64,000 bases of DNA from Mobula hypostoma (Eukaryota), in assembly GCF_963921235.1 (NCBI RefSeq), contig NC_086108.1, forward strand, positions 92,816,001 to 92,880,000, written 5' to 3'. The notes under the pieces were generated by a model, which saw nothing but the letters and a program-made list of their open reading frames with translations, was not told the origin of the DNA and ran no database searches. Shown one piece after another: positions 48,120 to 61,421 of this stretch (position 1 is its first letter; each line of letters begins with the position of its first letter). Position numbers and translations under genes: made by a program.

Positions 48120-49680
48120 GTGAGTTTCTGAAACTCCTTTGGATCAGAGAAGAGCAAAGGGCAAGAGGTGGCCTTTTCACCAAATCACCAGGACCAGAAG
48201 GTCTACTCTGCAAGGTTCTGAAAGAGGTAGCTAAAGACATTGTTGAGGCATTAGTAATGATCTTTCAAGAATCACCGGATTCTGGAATGGCTCTGGAGGA
48301 CTGGACTGGAAGATTGCAAATGTCACTCCACTATTTAAGAAGGAAAAGAGGCAGAAGAAAGGAAATTATAAGCAAGTCAGCCTGACTTCAGAGGTTGGGA
48401 AGATGTCAGAGTACATTATTAAGGATGAAGTTTCGGGTACTTGGAGACACAAAGTCAGCCTGGTTTCCTTAAGGGGAAATCTTGCCTGACAACTCTGCTG
48501 GAATTCTTTGAGGAAATAACAGGGGGGAGACTCAATGGATGTTATTTACTTGGATTTTCAGAAGGCCTTTGACAAGATGCCAACATGAGCCGGTTTATCA
48601 GGATAAGAGCTCATGGTATGACAGGAAAGGTATTAACATGGACAGAAGATTGGCTGACTGGAAGCAGGCAAATTGTGGAAATAAAGGTGGCCTTTTTCTG
48701 ATTGGCTGTCGGTAACTAGTGGTGTTCCGAGGGGGTCGCTGTTGGTTCTGCTTCTTTTCATGTTGTATGTCAAGGATTTGTATGACAGAATTGATGGCTT
48801 CGTGGCTAAGTTTGCTGACGATACAAGGATAGGTGGAGAGGCAGGTTGTGTTGAGGAAGCAGGGAGTCTGCTGAAGGACTCAGACTCGGAGAATGGCCAA
48901 AGAAAGGTCAGGTGGAAGATGGTGTAGAGACGAGTATCTTTGTGCACGTTGGTAGAAGGAATAAAGGAGTAGAATGTTTTCTAAGCAGGGAGATAATTCA
49001 AAAATTAGAGGTGCAAAGGAACTTGGACTCCTTGTGCAGGTTGAATTGATGGTAAGGAAGGCAAATGCAATGTTAGCATTCATTTTCAGAGGACTAGAAC
49101 ATTAAAGCAAGGATGTAATGCTGAAGCTTTCTACGGCAGTGGTCACACTGCACTTGGAGTATTGTGAGCAGTTATGGACTCCTTATCTAAGAAAGGAGAT
49201 GCTGGTATTGGAGGGGGTCCAGAGGACAGTCACACAAATGATTTCCAGGAGAGAAAGTATTAACACATGAGGTGCATTTGATGGCTCTGGACCTGCACTG
49301 GCTGGGGTTCAGAAGAACGAGGGGGGGATCTCAGTGAAACCCATCGGATATTGAAAGGCCTAGATAGAGTGGATGTGAAGAGGATGTTTCAGTGTGTGAG
49401 TTTTGGACCAGAGGGCACAGCTCAGAATAGAGGAACATCCCTTTGGAATAGAGATGAGGAGGAATTTCTAGAAGCAGATGGTAGTGAATCGATAGAATTC
49501 ATTGCCACAGACAGCCACAGAGGCCAAGTCACTGAGTAAATTTAAAGTGGAGCTTGACAAGTTCTTGATTAGTCAAGGTGTTAAAGGTTACGGGGAGAAG
49601 GCAGGTTGAGAGAGATAGTAAATTAACTGTGATGGAATGGTGGAGCAGATGCGCTGAGCCGAACAGCCTAATTCTGACAG
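48120..49680 (+). mobile_element. Degenerate CR1 RT and 3' end
   Basis: [17 protein letters not shown] and VAKFADDTRIGG fragments. Confidence 0.8.
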
Positions 49681-50647
49681 AACATTGCTCTGTGCTTCAG
49701 GTTCTAGTTGCGTCAAGTATTTTCCCTCAAACTCCTTTTCCCCAACCTCACCATTTTCACCCCAATCCAAGCACCACCTCAGTTAATATTATAGAAGCTG
49801 GGGCCCTTATTTTAATCGTTACTAAGGTGTACAAGTTACCCAGCTAACCTTATAAATCCCAAATATTAATTTAATAATGTACTGTGTGAAAGAACTGCAT
49901 CTGTGTAACAGATAAACAATCGCAAGATATTTTAAAATTGTATTATCACCGTCAACTATAATGACATTTATTTGAAGTGACGATAATGGTCTGAAACAAT
50001 GGGATTTTCTTACAGTTTCTGGCTTACTGAAATCAGCCCCTTGGCCCCAAGCCTGTGAACATACCACCTACTGTAGCAGCACAACTTTATTCGAATTCCC
50101 ATGTCATTTGTGTCTTGAGAGAGAGCCAAATTTGAAATTCAGTCAGTGTGCACTGTGACAGCACAGCCATTCGAAAATGGTTTTGGCTTGCTCAAGTGCC
50201 TCCCACATACAACCCTTTCAGAGAACTGGCAATGGAGTCTCATCTGGATTCAAAACAGTTCACGTCCTCGAGTGACCCAATCCTCATTACAAGCAATTTC
50301 ACGACTGAGTTTTAGTCTTTTGAACTATAGTTAGAGTCTGATACTTAAGTGAACAGTTTTGGGCCTCCTATTCAGGAAACGTTGTGCTGGCATTGGAGAG
50401 GGTCCAGAGGAGTTTCACAAGAATGATCCTGGGAATGTATGTGGAGCGTCTGATGGCTCTGGGTCAGTACTTGCAGAAGTTTAGTAGAATGAAAGGTGAT
50501 CCCATCGAAACCTATTGCATATTTAAAGGCCTAGATAGAGTGGACATGGAGAAGGTGTTTCCTATAAGTGAAAGATTCTAAGACCAGAGGGCACAGCTTC
50601 AAAATAGAAGGATATCCCTTTAGAACAGAGATGAGGAGGAATTTCTT

Positions 50648-51900
50648 CAACACGAAGAAATCTGCAGATGCTGGAAATCCATGCAACACACTCAAAATGC
50701 TGGAGGAAAGATGATGGAAAGGAATAAACAGTCGACATTCTGGGCTGAGACCCTTCATCAGGACTGTAAAAAAAAATGAGAAGTCAGAGCAAGAAGGTGG
50801 GTGGGGGGGGAGAGAAAGAAATACAAGGTGTAGGTGATCGGTGAAACCGGGGGGGGGGGGGGAGGGGTGAAGTAAAGAGCTGGGATGTTGATTAGTGAAA
50901 GGATAAAAGGCTGGAGGAGGGGGAATCTGATAGGAGAGGGCAGAAGACCATGGAGAAAAGGGAGGGAGGAGCACCAGAATGGGGTGAAGGGCAGGAAGGA
51001 AAAAGGAGAGACAGGGAAATAGGAATGGTAAATGGTGAAGGAGGGGTTTGGGCAATCACCGGAAGTTCGAGAAATCAATGTTCATGCCATCAGGTTGGAG
51101 GCTACCCAGAAGGAATATAAGGTGTTGCTCCTCCAACCTGGTGTGGCCTCATCACGACAGTAGAGAAGGCCACGGACTGACATGGCAGAATGGGAATGGG
51201 AAGTAGAATTGACATAGGTGGCTACCGGGAGATCCCACTTTGTACTGGCGGATGGAGCACAGGTGTTCGGCAAACTACGTCAGGTCTTGCCAATATACAG
51301 GAGGGGCACCGGATACAGTAGATGACCCCAGCAGACTCACAGGTGAAGTGTCCCCTCACCTGGAAGGACTATTTGGGGTCCTGAATGATAGTGAGGGAGG
51401 AAGTGTAGGGGCATGTGTGGCACTTGTTCCGTTTGCAAGGAAAAGTACCAGGAGGGAGATCAGTGGGGAAAGATGAACGAACAAGGGAGTTGCATAGGGA
51501 GCAGTCCCTGCAGAAAGCAGAAAGTGGGGGAGGGAAAAATGTGCTTGGTGGTGGGATCCCTTTGGAGATGGTGGAAGTTACGGAGAATTATGTGCTGGAT
51601 GTGGAGGCTAAAGGAGTGGTAGGTGAGGACAAGAGGAGCCCTATCCCTGGTGGGGCATCGGGAGGGTGGGGTGAGGGCAGATGTGCGCAAAATGGAAGAG
51701 AAGAGGGTGAGGGCAGCGGTGATCGTGGAGGAAAGAAAGCCCCTTACTTTTAAGGAGGAGGAGATCTCATTCGTTCTGGAACGAAAAGCCTCATCCTGAG
51801 TGCAGATGTGGCGAGGATGGAGGAACTGAGAGAAGGGGATGCCATTTCTGCAAGTGCCAGGGTGCTAAGGGGCATAGAACTGATAGCTGTGAGAATCACT
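50648..51900 (-). mobile_element. Older Penelope-like element fragment nested in a CR1 3' end
   Basis: Homologous to 29767-30875 (LVLTYH…IILRNFHHLQRDPTTKHIF). ggaatttctt duplicated at 50638-50647 and 51901-51910. Degenerate hammerhead at about 50729-50766 (-). Confidence 0.85.
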
Positions 51901-53149
51901 GGAATTTCTTTAGCCAGAGGGTGGGGAATCTATAGAATTTATTGCCACAAATGGCTGTGGAAGCTAAGTCATTGGGTATATTGGAAGTATAGGTTGATAG
52001 GTTCTTGATTAGTAAGGACGTCAATGGTTTCTGGGAGAAATTGGGAGAACAGAGTTGAGAGGGATAATAAATCAGCCATAATGGAATAGCAGAGCAGATT
52101 TGATGGGCCAAGTGGCCTATTGCTACTCCTATATCTTATGGTCTGCTACACAAAATTAAGGAGAATGCAGTCTTCTTAATTGGTACAATATCCCCTACTA
52201 AGAAATATTGGTTCTCGTCATTTCATCTGCAGCACCTACCAATGGCAGCAGGTGCATAGCCAACACCGCCACCTGCACGTTCCCCATTAACCCAGCAGGT
52301 GCAAAGCAGCACCACCACCTGCAGGTTCCCCACCCAGTCACACACAATCCCCAGCTGAAGATATATCACTGTTCCTTCACCATCACTGGGTCGACAGCCT
52401 GGAACTTCCTCCTCAATAGAAAGACGGTAGGAAATTAAAATGGTTATCCACCAACATTAACTCTAGGGCAATGGGCGGGGGGGAAGATACACAATAAATT
52501 CTGGAATTGCTGTCAATGTTCAGGATCCACAGGGAAATGAGAAAATAAAGTTAATGGATTACACATTTCATTAGTTCAAGATCCCTGGAAGTAGTGTTGT
52601 GTGTACTGGTGGTAAAGGTGTTTTGTACGCTGGCCTTCTTTGCTTAGGGCACGGAGTAAAAATAAATTAAAGCATCTTTTAAAACAAAAGATTAGATTTA
52701 TTTGTTACATGTACATCGAAATATACAGTCAAGTGCATCATTTGGGTCAATTGCAAATAGTCAGAATATGTGCTGGGGCAGCCCATGTGTCGCCAACATA
52801 CCATGGCCACAGTTTACATGGTCATCTTGGTCAGCATGGATAAGACGGGCTGAAGGGTTGTTTCCATGCTGCATTACTCTATGACTCTAAACAACTAATG
52901 CACACTCAGCAATGGGGCAGGTGTAAGCTACTGAAAAGTTATGTGGCTTTTTAACACATCCAGTGGAATTCTACACCAAGCTAACATGGATCTGTTTGAA
53001 TACAGGCAGCAGCAAATCAAAAAAAAAAATCCCCTTCACTTTCTTCTTCCATTTCCCATTCTGGCTTCCCTCTTACCTCTTGTCTTCATCTGCCTATTAC
53101 CTTCCTCCCTTTCTCCCATGGTCCACTCTCCTCTCCAATAGAAACACCT

Positions 53150-54310
53150 ACAGTATGTCAGGATGCTGTTCTTTGGCTATAGCTCGGCATTTAACACCAT
53201 CATTCCCACTGTCCTGATCGATAGGCTACAGAAACTGGGCCTCTGTACTTCCCTCTACAATTGGATTAACGACTTCCTAACCGTAAGACCACAGTCTGTG
53301 TGGTTTGGTAATAATATCTCCTCTTCGCTGATGATCAACACTGGTGAATCTCAAGGGTGTGTGCTTAGCCCACTGCTCTACTCTCTCTATATCCATGATT
53401 GTGTGGCTAGGTATAGGCTCAAATACCATCTACTGTATAAATTTACTTATCATACAACCATTGTTGGCAGAACCTCAGATGAACTCGATAGGGCATACAG
53501 AAGCAAGAGATACCAGCGAGTTGAGTAGTATCACAGCAACAAGCTTGCACTTGTCAGTAAAACCAACGAGCTGATTGTGGATTTCAGGAAGGGTAAGACA
53601 AAGGAACACACACCAATCCTCATAGAGGGATCAAAAGTGGAGAGAGTGAGCAATTTCAAGTTCTTGGGTGTCAAGATCTCTGAGGAACTACCTTGGTCCC
53701 AATATATTGATGCAACTATAAAGAAGGCAAGACAGCAGCTATATTTCATTAAGAATTTGAAGAGATTTCGTTTGTCACCTAAACACTCGATAACTTTTAC
53801 AGATGTACCGCAGACAGCAGTCTGACAGGCTGCGCCACCGTCTGGTATGGGGGGGTGTGGTGATGGGTGGTAGTGGGGCGACTGTAAAGGATTGAAAGAA
53901 GCTGTACAAAGTTGTAAGATTAGTCAGCTCCATTTTGGGTACTAAGCTCAGTAGTATCCAAGACATCTTCAAGGAGCAGTGCCCCAGAAAGGCGGCATCC
54001 ATTATTAAGAACCCTTATCACCCAGGTCATGCCCTCTTCTAATGTTACCATTAGAAAGTACACACTCAGTGATTCCCCTCTGCCATCCAATTTCTAAACG
54101 GACATTGAACCTATGAACACTACCTCACTTTTTAAAAAAATATTATTTCTCTTTTTGCACTATTTTTAATTTAATTATTTTGTATACATATATATACTTA
54201 CTGTAATTGATTTACTCTTTAAAAGTATATTATCATGTATTGCATTGCACTGCTGCTGCTAAGTTAACAAATTTCACAACACATGCCAGAGATACTAACC
54301 CTGAATCTGA
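53150..54310 (+). mobile_element. Rex1/Babar-clade LINE RT and 3' end
   Basis: [10 protein letters not shown]…[28 protein letters not shown] and FKFLGV motifs. Confidence 0.85.
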
Positions 54311-54632
54311 GGTTCCTTCTTCTCAGACTTTTACATTCTCCACCTATCACTTCCTTGTTTCTTACTTCATCCTTCCCCCACCCACCCACCCTCCTCCTCA
54401 CTTGGCTCCAAATATTCCTTTCTAGTTTGTACTCCTTTCCCACCCCAACCATTTTATCCTGGCGTCTTCTTCCTTCCTTTCCAGTCCTGGTGAAGGGTCA
54501 CAGCCCAAAACATCAACTGTTTATCCATTTCCATGGATACTGCCTGACCTGCTTCCTGCAGCATTTTGTGTGAGTTACTCTAGTAGGATGAGTTGAGTTT
54601 ATCTGGTATGAACAGAAATCAATGCCACCCAC

Positions 54633-54819
54633 CTGCAGTGCCCAGACTTAGAAGCACGGCCACCCAATACGTCCAGAACAAAGCGAGGATAATGAAAGTC
54701 CACAGTGGCTGGAGTAGCAACAGAGGGATGTTTTGGAGTAGCTTACTGGCAATCTGGAACAACTGGATAGTCAGACTGATCTTTTTCCGCATCACCAGGG
54801 TTAGCACTATGACGACAAC
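54633..54819 (-). CDS. SLC44A3: SLC44A3 internal coding exon
   Basis: Acceptor tccctgtAG, donor GTggg. 187 bp, phase 0/1. Encodes VVVIVLTLVMRKKISLTIQLFQIASKLLQNIPLLLLQPLWTFIILALFWTYWVAVLLSLGTA(G). Confidence 0.92.
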
Positions 54820-54964
54820 CTACAGGGACAATAAGTCTTTTAGCACACAAGAAATAAACAACAAAAGCTGAATATATAGAGTCCTTTTCATTCTCTGAGG
54901 TGAATCCAATGGGACTTTACTCATTATTCATGGTTTTGAGTAATCGACCTAACCTGGACCCACA

Positions 54965-55587
54965 TCACCTCCTCATTAGTCAAGACAGTACAGCAGCATC
55001 TATACTTGCTGAGGAGAATGGTGTGCAAAGCTCCTCGGCCCCATTCTAACAACTTTCGACAGGAGCGTGTCCATTGGGAGCATCCTGTCAGGCTGCATCA
55101 TTGCGTGGTCCAGAAGGCCTCGGACCACAAGACACTACAGAGGACAGTAAAAACCACAGGATCTCCCTTACTCTCCCACTTCTGTGATATTTGTCAGCAG
55201 TATTGTTGATGAAGGGCCCGTAGCATTGTTGAAGATTCCTACCACTCTCTTCGACCCACTGCCTTCAGGAAGGGATTACAGAAGCAGCAGGACGAGGAAT
55301 GTCAGACTGGGTAGCAGCTTCTTCTCCCAGAATGTGAGACTAATAAATTCCCTGCCACCACCGAAGATTCGTTACCAGGACAGCGAGCTGTTTACTGTTT
55401 GCCTCTGCTGCACACTAAATGCATTTTAAATTATATTTTAGTAACTTATTTGTGGTAATACTTTGTTTTACTGTATGTGCTGTGTATGATATATGTATTG
55501 TGGGTGCACCACGGGTCCAGAGGAACGTTGTTTCATTTGGTTGTATATACGTACAGTCAGATGACAACAAGCTTGAACTTGAACTTG
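54965..55587 (+). mobile_element. Rex1/Babar-like LINE 3' end
   Basis: LFDPLPSGRDYRS…RLGSSFF motif; (aacttg)n tail. Confidence 0.7.
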
Positions 55588-56399
55588 ATGCTGGCTGCAG
55601 ACATGAAGATGAAGTGACGACAAATAAAGAGGTCAGGTTAAGGGTAAAAGGTGAAAGTTTAAAGGGATCATGAGGGGGAATTTCTTCATTCAGAGGGTGG
55701 TGAGATTGTGGAATGAGCTGCCAGTGGAAATGGTGATGAGGACTTTTTCAATTTTTAAAGAGAAGTTTGGATAAGTACATGGATGGGAGTGGTTTGGAGG
55801 GCTATGTTTGCAGAATAATAATTTGGCACAGACTAGATGGGCCAAAGGGCCAGTTTCTGTGCTGTAGTTCTCTCTAACTCTTTGACTATGACAACTCTAA
55901 ATTCTTGCTGAGTTTCTGCCGTGCGCTTCTGTCCACTTGTCACCTGCAGAACAGAGGTGTGCTAATGGAGAGTCCCTTCACAGTTCTCCCAGACTGGGGG
56001 TTTGTTTTCTGCAGTGAGGCTTGAACCCGTCACCTACTGACTCACTCAGCGATGAGGAGGCTGTCACTGTGCCAAGCGTGAAATGGGAAGGCAGGAAGGA
56101 AACAGTCATTGAGTCATGCATTCATGCAGCATGAAAACAGGCCCTTCAGTCCAACTAATCCATACTGACCAAGACTCCCACCTAAACTAATCCCATTTAC
56201 CTGCATTTGGCCCACATTGTTTTCAAGCTTTCCTACCCATACTCCTGTCCAAGTGTCTGTCAAGTGTTGTTGTTGGATCTGTTTCTAGGACTTCCTCCAG
56301 CAGTCATGCATTCCGAGCATTTAGTCAAAATAAGTCACAGACGAACCACTTTATTAGGGAGGTGAAAAGTGATTTCATCAGTTAGCCAACAAAGTGGGA

Positions 56400-56662
56400 G
56401 GGGGCATGGAAGCATAGTGGTTAGCACAATGCTACAGCGCAGCAGCGGCTTGGGTTCAATTCCCGCTGCTGGCTGTAAGGAGTTTGTATGTTCTCTCCTT
56501 GACCGTGTGGGTTTCCTCCGGGTGCTCCAGTTTCCTCCCAGTCCGTAAGTTAATAGGTTATTGTAGACTGTCCTGTAATTAGACTAGGATGAAATCAGGG
56601 GATTGCTGGTCGGTGCAGCTCAAAGTGCAGGAAAGGCTTATTCCAAGCTGTATCTTAATAAA
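56400..56662 (+). mobile_element. tRNA-derived V-SINE (HE1-like)
   Basis: A/B boxes, V-domain core and AATAAA tail. Confidence 0.8.
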
Positions 56663-57383
56663 TTTTAAAAAATTGCTTTAATTTCGAAGGGCAGAGTTTA
56701 CTGTAGCAAAGAGAACTTCCTGAAAGCAAATTACCAGCAGTGGTTGGCTGGGGTATTGTGGTTTCATATTTTGACACTGCCTCTGCTGAGTAAAATGTAT
56801 TTAGATGAGGAAGCCTTTTAATAAAGGTCACCATTATTCAATTACTACGCGGATAAAGAGCTATGGTTTTTCTATTTGGAGTGAAGGCGGTTAAGAGGTG
56901 TACAAGATGATAAGAGATATAGATTATGTGGACAGCCAGAGACAGTCTCCCCAGGATGGAAATGGCTAATAGTGGAGCCATAATTTTAAGGTGATTAAAG
57001 GAAAGTAGAGCCAGACAGATCAGGGGCTTTTAAGAGACTCTTAGACAAGCACGTGGATGGTAGACAACTGGAGAAAAGGGTCAGAGTGATCTTGGAGTAG
57101 GTTAAAGAGTTGACACAACATTGTGGGCCAAAGGGTTTGTATTGTGCTGTCCTATATTCTATGCATCACCAGAGACAAGTCCGGGAGAGAACTCAGTTTG
57201 GTTTAATCAATAGGTCTGAGGAAGCAAACATTTATAATCACTCAATTTTCATTGTTTCAAGTGCACCCAGAAACCAAGTAAAGAGAATAGAGAACACAAA
57301 AGAAGTCTCATTCATTCATTCTTTGGAAAAACACTAAATATAGCAGCTAAACCATAAAGGTATACAGGAGATGGGTGGATGTA

Positions 57384-57928
57384 TATTCAGCAGCCACTTT
57401 ATTAGGTACCTCCTGTACCTATACGCTGGCCACTCTATGTTCATGGTCTTCTACTGCTGTAGTCCATCCACATCAAAGTTTGACGTGTTGTGCATTCAGA
57501 AATGCTCTTCTGCACAGCACAGTTATAACGTGTAGCTATCTGAGTTACTGTCACCTTCCTGTCAGTGAGAACCAGTCTATCCATTTTCTCTGACCTCTCT
57601 CATTAACAAGGTATTATCGCCCACAGACCTGCTTCTCACTGGATGCTTTTTTTGGTTTATTTCACCATTCTCTGTAAACTCCAGAGACTGTTGTGCATGA
57701 AAATCCCAGATCAGCAGTTTCTGAGATACTCAAACCACCCCATTTAGCACCAACAATCATTCCATGGTCAAAGTCACGTCGATTACATTTCTTCCCCCAT
57801 GTTTGGTCTGAACAACAACTGAACCTCATGACCACATCTGCATGCTTTTATACATTTGAGTATAATGATTAGTTGGTTAGATATTTGCATTAACAAGCAG
57901 GTGTAGCTAATAAAGCGGCCACGGAATG
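57384..57928 (-). mobile_element. Tc1/mariner non-autonomous element with both TIRs
   Basis: TA|tattcagcagccactttattaggtac … gtagctaataaagcggccacggaatg|TA. Interior homologous to the Tc1 HTH fragments at 9004-9243 and 61667-61906. Confidence 0.82.
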
Positions 57929-58075
57929 TATGGTGTTCCCACCAACTTGATAGGCAATTGCAGGTTTAAGGCAGCTAGTAATCTGGCAACTGGCTCTCAG
58001 ATAAACCTCAACCAAACACAAGCTGAACTTGATCACTTAAGATAATCCTGAAGGGGTTGGCCTTCGGGTTCTTAC

Positions 58076-58200
58076 TGTTATGATGGTTGCAACGATAGCG
58101 AAGCCCAGCAGTGCTCTTCTGTTTTCCATCTCTGTTTGCAAGACGACTTTGGGATCATTCACGTTGTCATAGTACAACCACCACAGAACTCCCGACACAA
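58076..58200 (-). CDS. SLC44A3: SLC44A3 internal coding exon
   Basis: Acceptor tttttctAG, donor GTaag. 125 bp, phase 1/0. Encodes (F)VSGVLWWLYYDNVNDPKVVLQTEMENRRALLGFAIVATIIT; GVLWWLYYD is characteristic of the SLC44A1/A3 group. Confidence 0.92.
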
Positions 58201-58369
58201 CTAGAAAAATATCAATGGACAATGGAAATGTGCTCAAGAGAAAACACGACAAGAAGGCAGAACTGGATATCTTGATGAGGTAGCGATGATGGGGTTGAAT
58301 TTACACATTATGCGCTGCAAAATCTTTATCATTTCATCTGATCAGACTCTTGAACCAAAGGGGATAGGA

Positions 58370-58790
58370 GGTGAAGAGGAGGTGTATCTGTTTGGGTTAC
58401 CTGGAGAAATCGGCGGTAGCTGAACTTTGCTTTCGCAATGGTCATAGGATTGACTTGGACAGCACAAAACTACTGTGCCATGTCAATGGCTTTTGGGACT
58501 GCCTGGTGAAGGAAGCCATGGAAATAAAATTACAGGATAAAAATGTTAACAAAGATGAAGGTCTCACTCTAAATAAGAACTGGAATTCGATTGTAAACAA
58601 GGTGGGACAGCAGAAACCTGGTTGGACGAGAACTAACCAATAAGAAGGGACAGACGATGGGGGTATATTTACCACCAGATTAGACATGCCTAGGCATCAG
58701 TCCTGATAAAAATGGCAGAGTTTGTCATCGAAATGTCACTAAAATCAATACCTGTACCTGGCTGGAAGCCCGAGAAGAGTTTACTCTTCC
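58370..58790 (+). mobile_element. Second Penelope-like family 3' end (GIY-YIG C-terminus + degenerate hammerhead)
   Basis: KSAVAELCFRNGHRID…KEAMEIK…NKDEG. Downstream CTGATAA-aaatggcagagtttgtcatc-GAAAT-GTC at about 58703-58738. Confidence 0.72.
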
Positions 58791-58984
58791 TACCACATCC
58801 TTCGAACTAAAGTGCAGGTCATAAGTAAGAGAAAATATAAGCTAGAATATAAAACTTATGGAATTGATGGCTTTGTGGCCAAGTGTGTAGACAATTTGAA
58901 GGTAGGTGGATGAGCAGGTAGTGTTGAGGAAGCAGGGAGTTTGCAGAAAGACTTAGATTGGGAGAATGGACAAAGAAACACTCA

Positions 58985-59970
58985 CCCGGCCACACCGGAT
59001 GCAATAGATGACCCCAACAGACTCACAAGTGAAGTGTTGCCTCACCTGGAAGGACCGTTTGGGGCCCTGAATGGTGGCAAGAGAAGAGGTGTAGGGACAG
59101 GTGTAGCACTTACGCTTACAGGGATAAATGCCGGGTGGGAGGTCCGTGGGGAGGGACGTGTGGACCAGGAAGTTGCAGAGGGAATGATCCCTGCGGAAAG
59201 CAGAGAGGGGTGGAGAGGGAAAGATGTGCTTAGTTGTGGGGTCCTTTTGAAGGTGGCGGAAGTTGCGGAGGATAATGTGCTGGATCTGGAGTTGAGGACA
59301 AGGGAACTCTGTCCTGCTCCTGGTGTGGTCTCCTCTACATCGGTGAAACCCGACGCAGATTGGGGGACCGCTTCGTTGAGCAGCTCCGCTCCGTCCGCCA
59401 CAGCAGACTGGATCTCCCAGTTGCCACCCACTTCAACTCTGCTTCACATTCCCATTCGGATATGTTCACACATGGCCTCCTCTACTGCCAGGATGAGGCT
59501 AGGCTCAGGTTGAAGGAGTAACACCTCATATATCATCTGGGTAGTCTCCAGCCCCTTGGCATGAACATTGAATTCTCCAACTTCCGGTAATTCCCTCCCC
59601 CTCCTTTCCCCCATCCCAGTTTCACTCTGTCCCCTCCCCCGGCTACCTACCACCTCCTTCATGGTTCGGCCTCCTTCTACTACCCATTGTGTTTTCCCCT
59701 ATTCCTTCTTCACCTTTCCTGCCTATCCCCTCCCTGCTTCCCCTTTCCCACCCCTTTATCTTTTCCCTTACTGGTTTTTCACCTGGAACCTACCAGCCTT
59801 CTCCTTCCCACCCTCCCCCACCTTCTATAGGGCCTCTGCCCCTTCCCTCTTCAGTCCTGACGAAGGGTTCCGGCCCGAAACGTTGACTGATCATTTCCAC
59901 GGATGCTGCCCGACCTGCTGAGTTTCTCCAGCGTGTTGTGAGTGTTGCTTTGACCCCGGCATCTGCAGAG
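58985..59970. mobile_element. Penelope-like element with inverted 5' segment
   Basis: 58985-59310 matches the element on the - strand; 59315-59970 continues on the + strand (YIGET…, 3' terminus). Confidence 0.82.
59851..59890 (+). ncRNA. Minimal type I hammerhead ribozyme motif
   Basis: tcagtc-CUGACGA-a-ggg(uuccgg)ccc-GAAAC-GUU-gactga: 6-bp stem I, intact core, GUU cleavage triplet. Confidence 0.75.
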
Positions 59971-59979
59971 AATTTTGCG

Positions 59980-60710
59980 TTTAAAATGGGCAGAGAAACG
60001 GCTGATCGAATATAATGTAGGGAAGTGTATGATCAATCATTTTGGTAGAAGGAGTAAAGGCATATTTTTAAAAAGAAAAGAAAAAAATCAAAAATCAGAG
60101 CTGCCAAGGGACTTGAGAGTCCTTGAGCAGGATTCCCTAAAGGTTAACTTGCAGGTTGAGTTGGTGGTAAGGAAGACAAATGCAATTTAGTATTCATTTT
60201 AAGAGGTCTGGAATACAAGAGCAAGGATGTGATACTGAAGCTTTATAAAGCATTAAGTTAGACTGCACTTGGAGTATCACGAGCAGTTTTGAGCCCCTTA
60301 TCTACGAAAAGATGTGCTGGCATTGCAGAGGATCCAGAGGAGGTTCATAAGAATGATTCTGGGAATGAAAAGGTCAAAATGAGGAGCATTTGATAGCTCC
60401 AAGACCTGTGCTCACTGGAGTTTAGAAGAATAATGGGGGGGGGGGGGAATGTTTCCTATGGTGGGGGATGCTAGGACCAGAGGGCACAGCCTCAGAATAG
60501 AAGGATATTCATTTATGAACAGAGATAAGAGGAAATTTATTTAGCCAAAGGGTGATAAATCTGTGGAATTTATTGTCACAGAGCACTTTGGAGGTAAAGT
60601 CATTGGGTATATTTAAAGCAGAGGTTTATAGGTTCTTGATTAGTCAGGGAGTTAAAGGTTCTGGGAAATAAGTCAGCCGAATGGCTTAATTCTACCCTGT
60701 GCCTTATGTC
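59980..60710 (+). mobile_element. Degenerate CR1 3' fragment
   Basis: YNVGKCMINHFGR and RTRGHSLRI motifs plus CR1 3' UTR. Confidence 0.75.
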
Positions 60711-61183
60711 TAAAACATGTGACATGGTAGCGTAGCAGTTAGTGTCATGCTTTACAGCTGTAAGATCAGGGTTCAATTCCGGCTGCTTTCTGTAAGGAGT
60801 TTGTACGTTTTCCCTGTGACTTCCGGGTGCTCTAGTTTTCTTTCACATTCCAAGGACGTACGGTTAGAGTTACTAAGTTATGGACAAGCTGTGTTGGCAC
60901 TTGAAGCATGGCACCATTTCTGGCTGCTGCCAGCAAATCTCGGACTGCGTTGGTCATTGACACAGAACGACTGATTTCACTGCCTGTTTCGATGTACCTG
61001 TGACAACTAAAGCTAAACTTGTTAAAATAATTCCCAAGGAAGTCTGCTCTGTTGTTACTCCTCATCTTGATTCAAAGCGCTGTTGCTTCTACATGGAGGC
61101 TTTGGGTTTGACCTCCCTATCAAACAGCTTCCAGGAGAACTGCTGTCACTGTAGTGAAATTGGATGGTTGTAGACTCACTTAC

Positions 61184-61273
61184 ACAGCATTCCAAAAATG
61201 ACCAAGGTGATGAAGATATGAACCAGCAGTTCAGCAATAAATCTGAAGATTGCCACCATAATGAAGGTGAGGG
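61184..61273 (-). CDS. SLC44A3: SLC44A3 (choline transporter-like protein 3) internal coding exon
   Basis: Acceptor ttcttttccacAG, donor GTaagt. 90 bp, phase 1/1. Encodes (A)LTFIMVAIFRFIAELLVHIFITLVIFGML, a hydrophobic TM segment typical of CTL proteins. Joins the next exon in frame. Confidence 0.88.
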
Positions 61274-61421
61274 CTGTGGAAAAGAACAGAGAGGCAGATT
61301 CACCAGATTAGCTGTGCATTAGATTCAAATTATTTGTTTTCACTTTCTGCGGTTTGTTAACTTCAATTAAAAGGTGCTTCAATTAAACCGTGGCCAAAAT
61401 TGTTGACATAATAAGATATTA

